Under the pieces are notes generated by a model that saw only the letters and a list, made by a program, of their open reading frames with translations, did no database searches and was not told where the DNA came from. The translations under genes and the position numbers were made by a program. Positions 11,570 to 19,726 of a stretch of 64,000 bases of DNA are shown here, one piece after another (the first letter of the stretch is position 1; each line of letters starts with the position of its first letter). Source of the DNA: Alphaproteobacteria bacterium (lineage in GTDB: Bacteria; Pseudomonadota; Alphaproteobacteria; Bin95); assembly GCA_964291285.2 (NCBI GenBank), contig OZ219787.1, forward strand, positions 1,952,001 to 2,016,000, read 5' to 3'.

Positions 11570-12525
11570 ACTGGCTCACCGAATTCGTCCGGCCGCGCCT
11601 GCGCAGCCTCGTCCGCAAGACGGACGTGCCGGAGAACCTCTGGCTGCAATGCGACAATTGCGGGCAGATGATCTTCCACCGCGAACTGCGCGAGCGGATC
11701 AATGTCTGCCCGCATTGCGACCACCATATGCGTCTCGACGCGGCGGAACGCCTGGCGATGCTGTTCGACCACGGCATATACGAGACCATCGAGCTGCCCG
11801 ACGCGCCGGTCGATCCGCTGAAGTTCCGCGACCGGCGGCGCTATACCGACCGGCTGCGGGATGCCCAGGCGACGCTGAAGACCAAGGACGCCATGCGCGT
11901 GGCGCACGGCACCATCGACGGCCAGCCGGCGGTGGCCGCCCTGCTTGATTTCGCCTTCATGGGCGGCTCGATGGGCATTGCCGTGGGCGAGGCCTTCCTG
12001 GCGGCGGCGAGGCTCGCGGTGGTGCAGCGGGCCGCGCTGATCGCGGTCACGGCATCGGGCGGCGCCCGGATGCAGGAAGGCATCCTGTCGCTCATGCAGA
12101 TGCCGCGCACGACGATCGCGGTCTCGGAGGTCAAGGAAGCGGGGCTGCCCTACATCGTGCTGCTGACCGACCCGACCACGGGCGGCGTTTCGGCCTCGTT
12201 CGCCATGCTGGGGGACGTCGCCATTGCGGAGCCGGGCGCGGCCATCGGTTTCGCCGGGCAGCGGGTCATCCAGCAGACGATCCGCGAGACCCTGCCCGAG
12301 AATTTCCAGCGCGCGGAGTATCTGCACGACCATGGCATCATCGACATGGTGGTGCATCGGCGGGAACTGCGCGGCACGATCGGCAGCCTGCTTTCCATGC
12401 TCATGCAGCCGAAACCGCCGCCGGACGAGGGTGACGGCACGGCCATGCTGCCCAATCCGGAGATCGTCGAGACGGCGGCGGCGAACGATTCCGACGGGGC
12501 AGGCGGGGAGCGGATAGAGGGTTGA
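11566..12525 (+). CDS. accD: Acetyl-CoA carboxylase carboxyltransferase beta subunit
   Basis: Zn finger [30 protein letters not shown]. Confidence 0.97.
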   Translation: MNWLTEFVRPRLRSLVRKTDVPENLWLQCDNCGQMIFHRELRERINVCPHCDHHMRLDAAERLAMLFDHGIYETIELPDAPVDPLKFRDRRRYTDRLRDAQATLKTKDAMRVAHGTIDGQPAVAALLDFAFMGGSMGIAVGEAFLAAARLAVVQRAALIAVTASGGARMQEGILSLMQMPRTTIAVSEVKEAGLPYIVLLTDPTTGGVSASFAMLGDVAIAEPGAAIGFAGQRVIQQTIRETLPENFQRAEYLHDHGIIDMVVHRRELRGTIGSLLSMLMQPKPPPDEGDGTAMLPNPEIVETAAANDSDGAGGERIEG

Positions 12526-13748
12526 GCGCGCTCGACCCGGTGCTGGCGCGGCTGACGGCGCTGCATCCGAAACTGATCGACCTCAAGCTCGACCGGGTGC
12601 GGTGGCTCCTGGCGCGGCTGGGGAACCCCGAGCGCCGGCTGCCGCCCGTCATCCATGTCGCCGGCACCAACGGCAAGGGCTCCACCGTCGCCTTCATGCG
12701 CGCCATGCTGGAGGCGGCCGGCCGGCTCGTTCATGCCTATACCTCGCCGCATCTGGTGCGGTTCAACGAACGCATCCTCGTCGCCGGGGAGACGCTCCCG
12801 GACGGCGAACTCCTGGCGCTGCTGGAGGAGTGCGAGCGGGCGAACGAAGGCCGGCCGATCACCTTCTTCGAGATCACCACGGCGGCGGCGTTCCTCGCCT
12901 TCTCCCGCGCGCCCGCCGACGTCCTGCTGCTGGAAGTCGGGCTCGGAGGCCGGCTCGACACCACCAATACCGTCGAGCGCCCCGCGGTGACGGCGATAAC
13001 CCCGGTCGCCCGCGACCACACGCAGTTCCTCGGCGAGACCCTGGCGGAGATCGCCGCCGAGAAGGCCGGCATCATAAAGCCCGGCGTCCCGCTGGCGCTC
13101 GCCCCGCAGGAGGAGGAGGCCAGGGCCGTCATCCTGGCGAAGGCGGCGGCAGCGGGCGCGCCCGTCCATGACGGTTGGCGGGTGTCGGACGGCGTGTACC
13201 ACGGACGCCGGCTGGCGCTTCCCCTTCCGGGGCTCGGCCTCGCGGGGGCGCACCAGGCGGGCAATGCCGGCCTTGCACTCGCCTGCCTCGAAGGTTTCGG
13301 GCTGCCGGAGGAGGCAATGGTTCGCGGCCTCGCAACCGCGCACTGGCCGGCCCGGCTCCAGCGGCTCTCGGAGGCGCCCGAAATCTGGCTCGACGGCGGC
13401 CACAACCCGGCCGCGGGCCGCGTGCTGGCTGCGTGGCTGGCAGGGCGGGCGGAGCGCTTCGACCTCGTCGTCGGCATGCTGGACACCAAGGACCGCGACC
13501 GCTTCCTCGCCGCGCTGGCCCCGCATGTCGGGCGGACCGTGACGGTGCCCGTGCCCGGCAGCGCGGCGTCGGTACCTGCGGAAGCGCTGGCCGAAACGGC
13601 GCGTGTTGCCGGCATGGAAGCGGCGGCGGCGCCCGATGTGGAGGCGGCCCTCGAATGCCTCGGCGGCGTCAGGCCCGTCCTGATTGCCGGCTCGCTCTAC
13701 CTCGCCGGCGCGGTGCTTGCCGGGCGCGGCGGCCTTCGTTCCCGATAA
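12522..13748 (+). CDS. folC: Folylpolyglutamate synthase / dihydrofolate synthase
   Basis: HVAGTNGKGS, YTSPHL, LEVGLGGRLD, LDGGHNP. Confidence 0.95.
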   Translation: MSALDPVLARLTALHPKLIDLKLDRVRWLLARLGNPERRLPPVIHVAGTNGKGSTVAFMRAMLEAAGRLVHAYTSPHLVRFNERILVAGETLPDGELLALLEECERANEGRPITFFEITTAAAFLAFSRAPADVLLLEVGLGGRLDTTNTVERPAVTAITPVARDHTQFLGETLAEIAAEKAGIIKPGVPLALAPQEEEARAVILAKAAAAGAPVHDGWRVSDGVYHGRRLALPLPGLGLAGAHQAGNAGLALACLEGFGLPEEAMVRGLATAHWPARLQRLSEAPEIWLDGGHNPAAGRVLAAWLAGRAERFDLVVGMLDTKDRDRFLAALAPHVGRTVTVPVPGSAASVPAEALAETARVAGMEAAAAPDVEAALECLGGVRPVLIAGSLYLAGAVLAGRGGLRSR

Positions 13749-13751
13749 AGA

Positions 13752-13796
13752 TTTATTTCCTGAATGGGCTTGCAATTCGCCGCGCCCGGACTATAT
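13752..13796 (+). promoter_or_regulatory. Promoter-like element (CTTGCA-N16-CTATAT) with an AT-rich upstream tract, facing a non-coding region
   Basis: TTTATTTCCTGAA at 13752-13764, CTTGCA at 13769-13774, CTATAT at 13791-13796; fits alphaproteobacterial RpoD/RpoH consensus. Confidence 0.55.
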
Positions 13797-13944
13797 TGCC
13801 TCTTGCGTCATGGCATGATTTTCAAACCCGCTTTCGCGCCGTTCGGGGCAGAACAGGGGCGCGGGGGCAGACAGGACAGGTGCGCCCGCCCGCATGCCCG
13901 CAAACGCGAATATCCCGGTATTGTGTCCGTGAGGTTCGACGGTT

Positions 13945-14349
13945 TCAGCGGAAAGTGTCCGAAGAGGTTGAGTCGGTCCGGCGCGAATTCGCCGGCGGCC
14001 GGCCGATTCGCCGCTCGACGCCGTGGCGTTTGAGGAAGCGGTTCATCGCGCTGCGGCTGAAGACGAGGCCCTGCTCGCGAAGAGCCGCGCACAACGCATT
14101 TGCGGGCAGGTCCGGGTCCGCCTCCAGCAGGGCGAATATCCGGTCCCGCTCCGCCTCGATTCTCCAGGCGCGGGTCCTGCCGGTCCGCCCCTTCGGCCGC
14201 AGATGGCCGCGCGCGCGTTCCAGCCGCCGCCAGCCGGCGATGGTGCCCACGCCGACGCGGAACAGCCGGGCCGCCTCCGCCCGGGTCATCCCCTCCGCCA
14301 GCGCCGCCATCACCCGCTCCCTGAGTTCCACGGGAAGCGCCTTGCCCAT
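13945..14349 (-). CDS. IS630-transposase-derived DNA-binding protein (HTH + winged HTH only, no DDE domain)
   Basis: MGKALPVELRERVMAALAEGMTRAEAARLFRVGVGTIAGW resembles IS630 OrfA; GAGGAGG RBS; no A-rich frameshift run and no downstream OrfB. Confidence 0.75.
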   Translation of the reverse strand: MGKALPVELRERVMAALAEGMTRAEAARLFRVGVGTIAGWRRLERARGHLRPKGRTGRTRAWRIEAERDRIFALLEADPDLPANALCAALREQGLVFSRSAMNRFLKRHGVERRIGRPPANSRRTDSTSSDTFR

Positions 14350-14390
14350 ATCCGTCCTGCCCTCCTCGTCCGGTGGCGGGAGGCGCTATA

Positions 14391-14405
14391 GAACAAATTT
14401 AGCAC
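14391..14405 (-). promoter_or_regulatory. Putative LexA (alpha-type SOS) box
   Basis: GAAC-AAATTTA-GCAC, one mismatch to GAAC-N7-GAAC, in the 17-bp spacer of a TTCATA/TATAGC promoter candidate, about 42 bp upstream of the ATG. Confidence 0.6.
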
Positions 14406-14440
14406 AATATGAAGACACCACTCTTCCCGCCACAACCTCG

Positions 14441-14487
14441 TCCGCAAGCTCCAGGCAGGCTCCTTCGGCAAGCCCAGGGCAGGCCCC
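14441..14487. repeat. Degenerate tandem copies of a CCTTCGACAAGCTCAGG-type REP-like repeat
   Basis: CCTTCGGCAAGCCCAGGGCAGGC matches 52447-52469 at 20/23 positions; a weaker copy precedes it. Confidence 0.55.
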
Positions 14488-14549
14488 TCTTCGTCACCCC
14501 GGCCTCCGATCCGTGAATCCAGTAGACGTATCGGCGGGGCGCGGCTCGG

Positions 14550-15107
14550 TCAGGGCCAGAGGGCGCCGAGGGGGAAGGCCACTGCCTCGAAGGGCGGAAG
14601 GGACACCGGCTCGTCCTCCCGTGCCGCGCCGGCGGGCGTCCATGCGCCGTCTCCGAGCGCGAACGCCTCCAGGGTCCGGGCGGACGGATCGACGAGCCAG
14701 AGATGGCCGACCCCCTCCCGCGCATAGACCGGGCGCTTCTCCTCAAGGTCGAATTTCCGCGTCGAGGGGGAGAGGATTTCGCACACCCAGTCGGGCGGCA
14801 GGGTGAAATAAGGCGTATCCGGGTAGTCGGGCATCCGTTCCCGGCGCCAGCCGGCGAGGTCCGGCACCAGGATGTCCTCGCCGAAATGGAATTCCGGCTC
14901 AGCGACAATCCACCAGCCGCCCGGTCCGCCCCGGCCTTTCTGGAACGGGCTGACCAACTCGTCGCCGAGCGACAACCCCGCCAGCGCATGCCGGCTGGCC
15001 GGCCTCCGCTGGAGGTGCAGCACGCCGTCCACGATCTCCGCCACCATATGGGGCGGCGCATCGAGCACGTCCCGGTAGCTCGCCCTGCGGGCTGCCTTCG
15101 CCTTCAT
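14550..15107 (-). CDS. Uma2-family (PD-(D/E)XK) endonuclease-like protein
   Basis: AEIVDGVL, GGWWIVAEPE, LVPDLAGWR, PDWVCEILSPST, YAREGVGHLWLVDP. Confidence 0.92.
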   Translation of the reverse strand: MKAKAARRASYRDVLDAPPHMVAEIVDGVLHLQRRPASRHALAGLSLGDELVSPFQKGRGGPGGWWIVAEPEFHFGEDILVPDLAGWRRERMPDYPDTPYFTLPPDWVCEILSPSTRKFDLEEKRPVYAREGVGHLWLVDPSARTLEAFALGDGAWTPAGAAREDEPVSLPPFEAVAFPLGALWP

Positions 15108-15202
15108 GCCGTCCGCTCCGCTCGCCGATGCCGCCCCACGCTACGCCCGCGCGGCCGAACCGTCACGGCGCCGCAAGCGGTCGCCCTTGCCATGGCGACC
15201 GC

Positions 15203-15231
15203 TTGCGGCGCGTAGCGCGACGCGCTACAGT
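15203..15231 (+). promoter_or_regulatory. higBA promoter with palindromic operator
   Basis: TTGCGG-N17-TACAGT, overlapped by the perfect palindrome GTAGCGCG-A-CGCGCTAC (15212-15228); ATG 6 bp after the -10. Confidence 0.7.
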
Positions 15232-15237
15232 GCCTCG

Positions 15238-15510
15238 ATGAAGGTCAGGCACAGGGGATTGCGAGCGCTGCACGAACGGGACGATGCTGCGCGGCTGCCC
15301 GCCGGTCTCGCACCGCGGCTGCGGCGCATCCTGTTCCGGCTGCAGGAAGCGGCGCATCCGCGCGATGCCGACGCACCGGGATTCCGGCTGCATCCCCTGA
15401 AGGGCGACCGTGCCGGCCAATGGAGCGTCCGCGTCTCCGGCAATTGGCGCGTGGTGTTCCGCTTCGAGGACGGTGAGGCCGTGGATGTGGACCTGGTCGA
15501 CTACCATTGA
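15238..15510 (+). CDS. higB: HigB-family toxin (RelE/ParE superfamily)
   Basis: RHRGL...RLHPLKGDRAGQWSVRVSGNWRVVFRF...VDLVDYH. Confidence 0.92.
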   Translation: MKVRHRGLRALHERDDAARLPAGLAPRLRRILFRLQEAAHPRDADAPGFRLHPLKGDRAGQWSVRVSGNWRVVFRFEDGEAVDVDLVDYH

Positions 15511-15530
15511 CTGCGAGGGAGCGCGGAACC

Positions 15531-15818
15531 ATGAACGAGACTATCAGCGAACGTGTCGGCCCCATGCCGAACCCGCCGCACCTGGGCGAACTGGTCCGCG
15601 AGAGCATGGAAGAGGCCGGCTGGAACGTCACCCAGACGGCGGATCGTCTGCGCTGCGAGCGGGGCACGCTGTCGCGCCTGCTGAACGGCAAGGCAGGCCT
15701 GTCGGCAAACATGGCGCTGGCGCTGGAAGCCATCGGCTGGGGCACCGCCGAACACTGGATGCGGATGCAGGCAAGCTACGAACTGGCCCAAGCCCGCCGC
15801 AACCGGGCCGCCGCCTGA
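15531..15818 (+). CDS. higA: HigA-family antitoxin (XRE HTH)
   Basis: MPNPPHLGELVRE...TLSRLLNGKAGLSANMALAL...AEHWMRMQASYEL; follows the toxin. Confidence 0.92.
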   Translation: MNETISERVGPMPNPPHLGELVRESMEEAGWNVTQTADRLRCERGTLSRLLNGKAGLSANMALALEAIGWGTAEHWMRMQASYELAQARRNRAAA

Positions 15819-15828
15819 CGGCTTTTTT

Positions 15829-15884
15829 CGTCGCGAGGCCCCGGCTCCCCCGCGCACCGGCGGGGGAGCCGGGGCCTCGCGACG
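15829..15884. repeat. Perfect 25-bp inverted repeat with a 6-nt loop
   Basis: CGTCGCGAGGCCCCGGCTCCCCCGC-gcaccg-GCGGGGGAGCCGGGGCCTCGCGACG. Confidence 0.9.
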
Positions 15885-16010
15885 CCGGGGTACAGCCTTT
15901 CGACGCCGCCGCAAGCCGCCCAAAGCCCCGGAGCGCGGCTGGGTCTGCCTTAGGTCGCCGGCGCGTCCCCGTCCATCACGCCGGCGGCCGGTCTTACCGC
16001 CGCCGCCCGC

Positions 16011-16331
16011 TCACACCACCGAGTCGAGCCACTGCTTGAGGGCGCTCTTGGGCATGGCGCCGACGCGCTGGGCGACCATTTCGCCGTCGCGGAAGACCAT
16101 GAGGGTCGGGATGCCGCGCACGCCGAGCTCGCCGGGGGTCTTCGGGTTGTCGTCGATATCGAGTTTCACGACGTCGAGGCGCTCTTCCATCTCGGACGCG
16201 ATGTCTTCCAGGAAGGGCGCGATCTGCTTGCAGGGGCCGCACCATTCGGCCCAGAAATCGACCACGACGGGCTTGGCCGCCTGCCTTACGTCCTCGTCGA
16301 AACTCGCATCCGTCGTGTGCCGCGTGGCCAT
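16011..16331 (-). CDS. trxA: Thioredoxin
   Basis: DFWAEWCGPCK active site; follows addA. Confidence 0.97.
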   Translation of the reverse strand: MATRHTTDASFDEDVRQAAKPVVVDFWAEWCGPCKQIAPFLEDIASEMEERLDVVKLDIDDNPKTPGELGVRGIPTLMVFRDGEMVAQRVGAMPKSALKQWLDSVV

Positions 16332-16393
16332 TCCCGTCCCTCCCGAGAAGTCATCCGCCTTTCGCCTTCAAGTGGCCGCAAAGCGCCGGGCCG

Positions 16394-19300
16394 TCAAGGC
16401 ATATATGGCGCAAGGCAGCTTTCGGGAATCGGCATCAGCAGGGGCGCCTCGGTCCAGAGCAGGGCGGCGCGGACCGGCCGGTCGGGGCGCAACTGCCCGA
16501 GCAGCGCCGCGTAGCGCGCCAATTGCCGCAGATAGCCGGGCGGAACCTGCGCGAGGTCCGCCGGCGCGCGCCCGGTCTTGAAGTCGACCACCAGCGTTTC
16601 GTCGTCCAGCAGCGCCAGCCGGTCGATTCGCGCGCTCACGGTCTCGCCGCCGATGCGCCCCACCAGCGGCGCCTCCGCCCGGCTGCCGGGGCCGAACACG
16701 GCGCCGAAGGCGGGGTCGTCGAGCACCGCCAGCGCCTCCCGCGCCGTCGCCCCGGCGTCCGCCGCCAGCGCCGGGTCGGCCTCCAGGAAGCGGCGCGCGG
16801 CCTCGAACCGCCGTTCGGGCGCGACCTCCGGCAGCAGCTCCAGCAGCTTGTGGACCGCAAGGCCGCGCCGGAACCGCGCGCCCGGCCCGCCGCCGAGCGG
16901 GGAGGCGGCCGCGAACGCTTCCCCGCCGTCGCCGTCGGGCGGGGCCGCGGCCGGGACCGGCGGCGCGGGCCGGCGGGCCCAGCCGGGCAGGGGAGGGAGG
17001 GCTTCGCGGTCTTCGGCCGGCCTCTCCGCTTCCGCGTCCGCCGCGCGCTGCTCCATGACCAGGAGGGGCTTGGCGAAATCGGGGTCCTCTTCCGGCGTCA
17101 TGCGGTCCCGCAGCCCGTCCGACACCGCGTTGTACCAGCAGTCCTCGTGCAGCTCCCTGCCGCTGTTGTTCCATCCGCAGACCACCAGGCGGTCGGCGGC
17201 GCGCGTCATGGCGACATAGAGCAGGCGGCGGTGTTCCGCCTCGTCCTCCCGGTCGGCCCGGTCCAGCAATTCCCCGGAATAGGGGTCGATCCGGTCCCTG
17301 TTCGTGGAGGGCGGCCAGAGCAGCACCCCGCCGTCGCGGTAGAGGGTCTGGCGGCGGCTCGGATGGGCGGGGGCGGCGGCCGTGTCCGGCAGGATGACGA
17401 CCGGGGCCTCCAGCCCCTTGGCGCCGTGGACGGTGCTCACCCGCACCTCGTCGCGGCCGTGCCGGTCGAGCTGCCGCTTCACCTCCGCCTCGCCGCTCCT
17501 GAGCCATTGCAGGAAGCCCTGGAGGCCCGGCGGGTGGCGGCGCTCATAGTCGAGCGCGGCGTTCAGGAACTCGTCTATCGGGTCGTTCGCCTCCTCGCCG
17601 AGCCGGGCCGCGATCCTGCGGCGGAAGCCGCGTTCCGCCAGCAGGTCCGCGAAGAAGGCGTGGACGCCGACATAATCAGCCTTGCCGAGCAGCGCGCCGA
17701 GCGCCTCGAAGCAGGGGCCGAAGCGCTCCGTGCCCCGGCGCTTGCGGAGCGCGGCCCAGAGCGTGTCCTTGCGCCCGCGGGCAAGCTCGAACAGCGCCTC
17801 GTCGTCGAAGCCGAACAGCGGCCCCTTCAGCACGGTGGCGAGCGTCAGGTCGTCTTCCGGCAGCAGCACGAAATCGCCGATGGCGGCGAGGTCCATCGCG
17901 GCGAGCTCGCCGGTCAGCGTCATGCGGTCGATGCCGGCGACCGGGACCTCCAGCTGCTTCAGCGCCGCGATGACGCGGGGGATGAAAGCCCGGCCCGACC
18001 GGCGCGGCAGCAGGATCATGATGTCGCCGGGCCGCATGCGCCGGCCGCCGGGCGCAACCGGCTCGCCCCGGTCGAGCCATGTCCGGATGCGCCGGGCGAT
18101 CCGGTCGGCCAGCGCGGTTTCCGCCGCGTCCTCGCGGAGATAGGCCGCGGGCGGCTCGAACGGGTCTCCCGGCTCGCGTTTCTCGCCGATTTCGAGCGGC
18201 CAGACCTCGACGCGCCCGCCGGCGCCGCTGCGGCTCGGCTTGTGGACGGGCGCCGGGCCTTCCAGGCCGAGGCCGTGCTCGCCGGCGAACACCGCGTCCA
18301 CGGCCTCCAGAAGCACGGGCGCGGCGCGGAAGGAGACTTCCAGCGGCACGTCCTCCCAGCGCTGTCCGGCGTCCTGTGCGCGTTTGCCGAGTTTGCGGCG
18401 CATCTCGTCGAAGCGGGCCGGCTCCGCGCCCTGGAAGCGGTAGATCGACTGCTTGGGGTCGCCGACGGCGAACAGCGTGCGCGGGCCTTCGCCCGCCCCT
18501 TCGCCGGCGAAGAACTCCTGCGTCAGCGCCTCCACGACGTCCCATTGCTCGGGGCTGGTGTCCTGCGCCTCTTCGATCAGCACATGGTCGATGCCCCGGT
18601 CGAGCTTGTAGTGGACCCAGGCGGCGGGCGCGTGCCGAAGCAGGTCGCGCGCGCGCTCGATCAGGTCGTCATAGTCGAGCAGCCCGGCCCGGCCCTTGGA
18701 CCTTCGGTATTCGCGGTCCACCGCCTCGCCCAGCGCCAGCGCCGCCTCGGACGCGGCCAGGGTCGCCTCGATCCGGCGGCGCGTGTGCAGCCGCTCGATC
18801 CGCTCGCGCTCGTCGGCCAGCAGGCCCGGCAGGCGTTCGCGGCCGGGGAGGTTCTTCGTGCCGAATTCCTCGCGTTCCTCGCCGTTCGACTTGAAGAAGA
18901 CCTTGCGGACCTCGTCGATATCGTCGTCCGAAGGCTCGCCGATGTCCGCCCAGCGTTGCAGGCTTGCGGCGTGACGCCTGTCGGTCACGCCCCCGCCCGC
19001 CAGGATCGCCGCCGCCTCGCGGAGTGCCTTCATCCCCTTTTTCGTGCGCTCCGGGACCTCCGGCAGGACCAGCGCGCTCCTCAGCGTGTCGAGCGCCTGC
19101 GGCCCGAAGGCGCTGCGGTTGCGGAGCAGTTCGGCGATGAAGGCGCGGATATTGTACTCCGAGAGGTTGTCGGCGATCCGGGCCACGGCCTCCCCGATGC
19201 CGTCTTCGCGCCGGTCCAGCACGGCGTCGCGCGCGTTCGCCTGCCTCGTCAGCGCCTCGCGCTCGTCGGCGAGCTGGAACCAGGGCGAGACGCCGGCCTC

Positions 19301-19726
19301 TATCGGGAAGCGCCCGAGCAGGCTCTGGCAGAAGGCGTGGATGGTGTCGATCCTGAGCCCGACCGGCGCATCGACCGTGCGGGCGAACAGCCGGCGCGCG
19401 CGGGCCTTCATGTCTTCGTCGGGGGCCTCGGCGCCCAGATCGACGAGGGCCCTGGCGAGGTCCGTGTCCGGGGCCGTCGCCCATCCGGCGAGCTCGCGCT
19501 CGATGCGGATGCGCATTTCGGCCGCGGCCGCGCGGGTGTAGGTGAGGCAGAGGATGCGCTCCGGCAACGCGCCCTGCAGCAGCAGCGCCAGCACGCGGTC
19601 GGCCAGCACCTTGGTCTTGCCGGAGCCGGCATTGGCGTCCACCCAGGCCGAGGCCGCCGGGTCGGCCGCGCGGCGCTGCTGCGCCGTCGCCGCGTCGACC
19701 GCCGGGTTCAGAGCGTCCGCGCCCAT
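16394..19726 (-). CDS. addA: Double-strand break repair helicase/nuclease AddA
   Basis: ANAGSGKT, VGDPKQSIYRFQGA, TVHGAKGLE, LLYVAMTRA, C-terminal RIDRL...VDFKTG; start M at 19726. Confidence 0.95.
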   Translation of the reverse strand: MGADALNPAVDAATAQQRRAADPAASAWVDANAGSGKTKVLADRVLALLLQGALPERILCLTYTRAAAAEMRIRIERELAGWATAPDTDLARALVDLGAEAPDEDMKARARRLFARTVDAPVGLRIDTIHAFCQSLLGRFPIEAGVSPWFQLADEREALTRQANARDAVLDRREDGIGEAVARIADNLSEYNIRAFIAELLRNRSAFGPQALDTLRSALVLPEVPERTKKGMKALREAAAILAGGGVTDRRHAASLQRWADIGEPSDDDIDEVRKVFFKSNGEEREEFGTKNLPGRERLPGLLADERERIERLHTRRRIEATLAASEAALALGEAVDREYRRSKGRAGLLDYDDLIERARDLLRHAPAAWVHYKLDRGIDHVLIEEAQDTSPEQWDVVEALTQEFFAGEGAGEGPRTLFAVGDPKQSIYRFQGAEPARFDEMRRKLGKRAQDAGQRWEDVPLEVSFRAAPVLLEAVDAVFAGEHGLGLEGPAPVHKPSRSGAGGRVEVWPLEIGEKREPGDPFEPPAAYLREDAAETALADRIARRIRTWLDRGEPVAPGGRRMRPGDIMILLPRRSGRAFIPRVIAALKQLEVPVAGIDRMTLTGELAAMDLAAIGDFVLLPEDDLTLATVLKGPLFGFDDEALFELARGRKDTLWAALRKRRGTERFGPCFEALGALLGKADYVGVHAFFADLLAERGFRRRIAARLGEEANDPIDEFLNAALDYERRHPPGLQGFLQWLRSGEAEVKRQLDRHGRDEVRVSTVHGAKGLEAPVVILPDTAAAPAHPSRRQTLYRDGGVLLWPPSTNRDRIDPYSGELLDRADREDEAEHRRLLYVAMTRAADRLVVCGWNNSGRELHEDCWYNAVSDGLRDRMTPEEDPDFAKPLLVMEQRAADAEAERPAEDREALPPLPGWARRPAPPVPAAAPPDGDGGEAFAAASPLGGGPGARFRRGLAVHKLLELLPEVAPERRFEAARRFLEADPALAADAGATAREALAVLDDPAFGAVFGPGSRAEAPLVGRIGGETVSARIDRLALLDDETLVVDFKTGRAPADLAQVPPGYLRQLARYAALLGQLRPDRPVRAALLWTEAPLLMPIPESCLAPYMP

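Noticed and set aside
13764-14033. 89-aa plus-strand ORF as the target of the 13769 promoter
   Set aside because: Its start lies upstream of the promoter elements, the internal ATGs lack an RBS and the product has no recognisable features. A small peptide cannot be fully excluded.
13945-14349. Active IS630 insertion sequence
   Set aside because: No DDE ORF in the available space, no slippery A-run and no convincing terminal inverted repeats; the same applies to 54593-55291.
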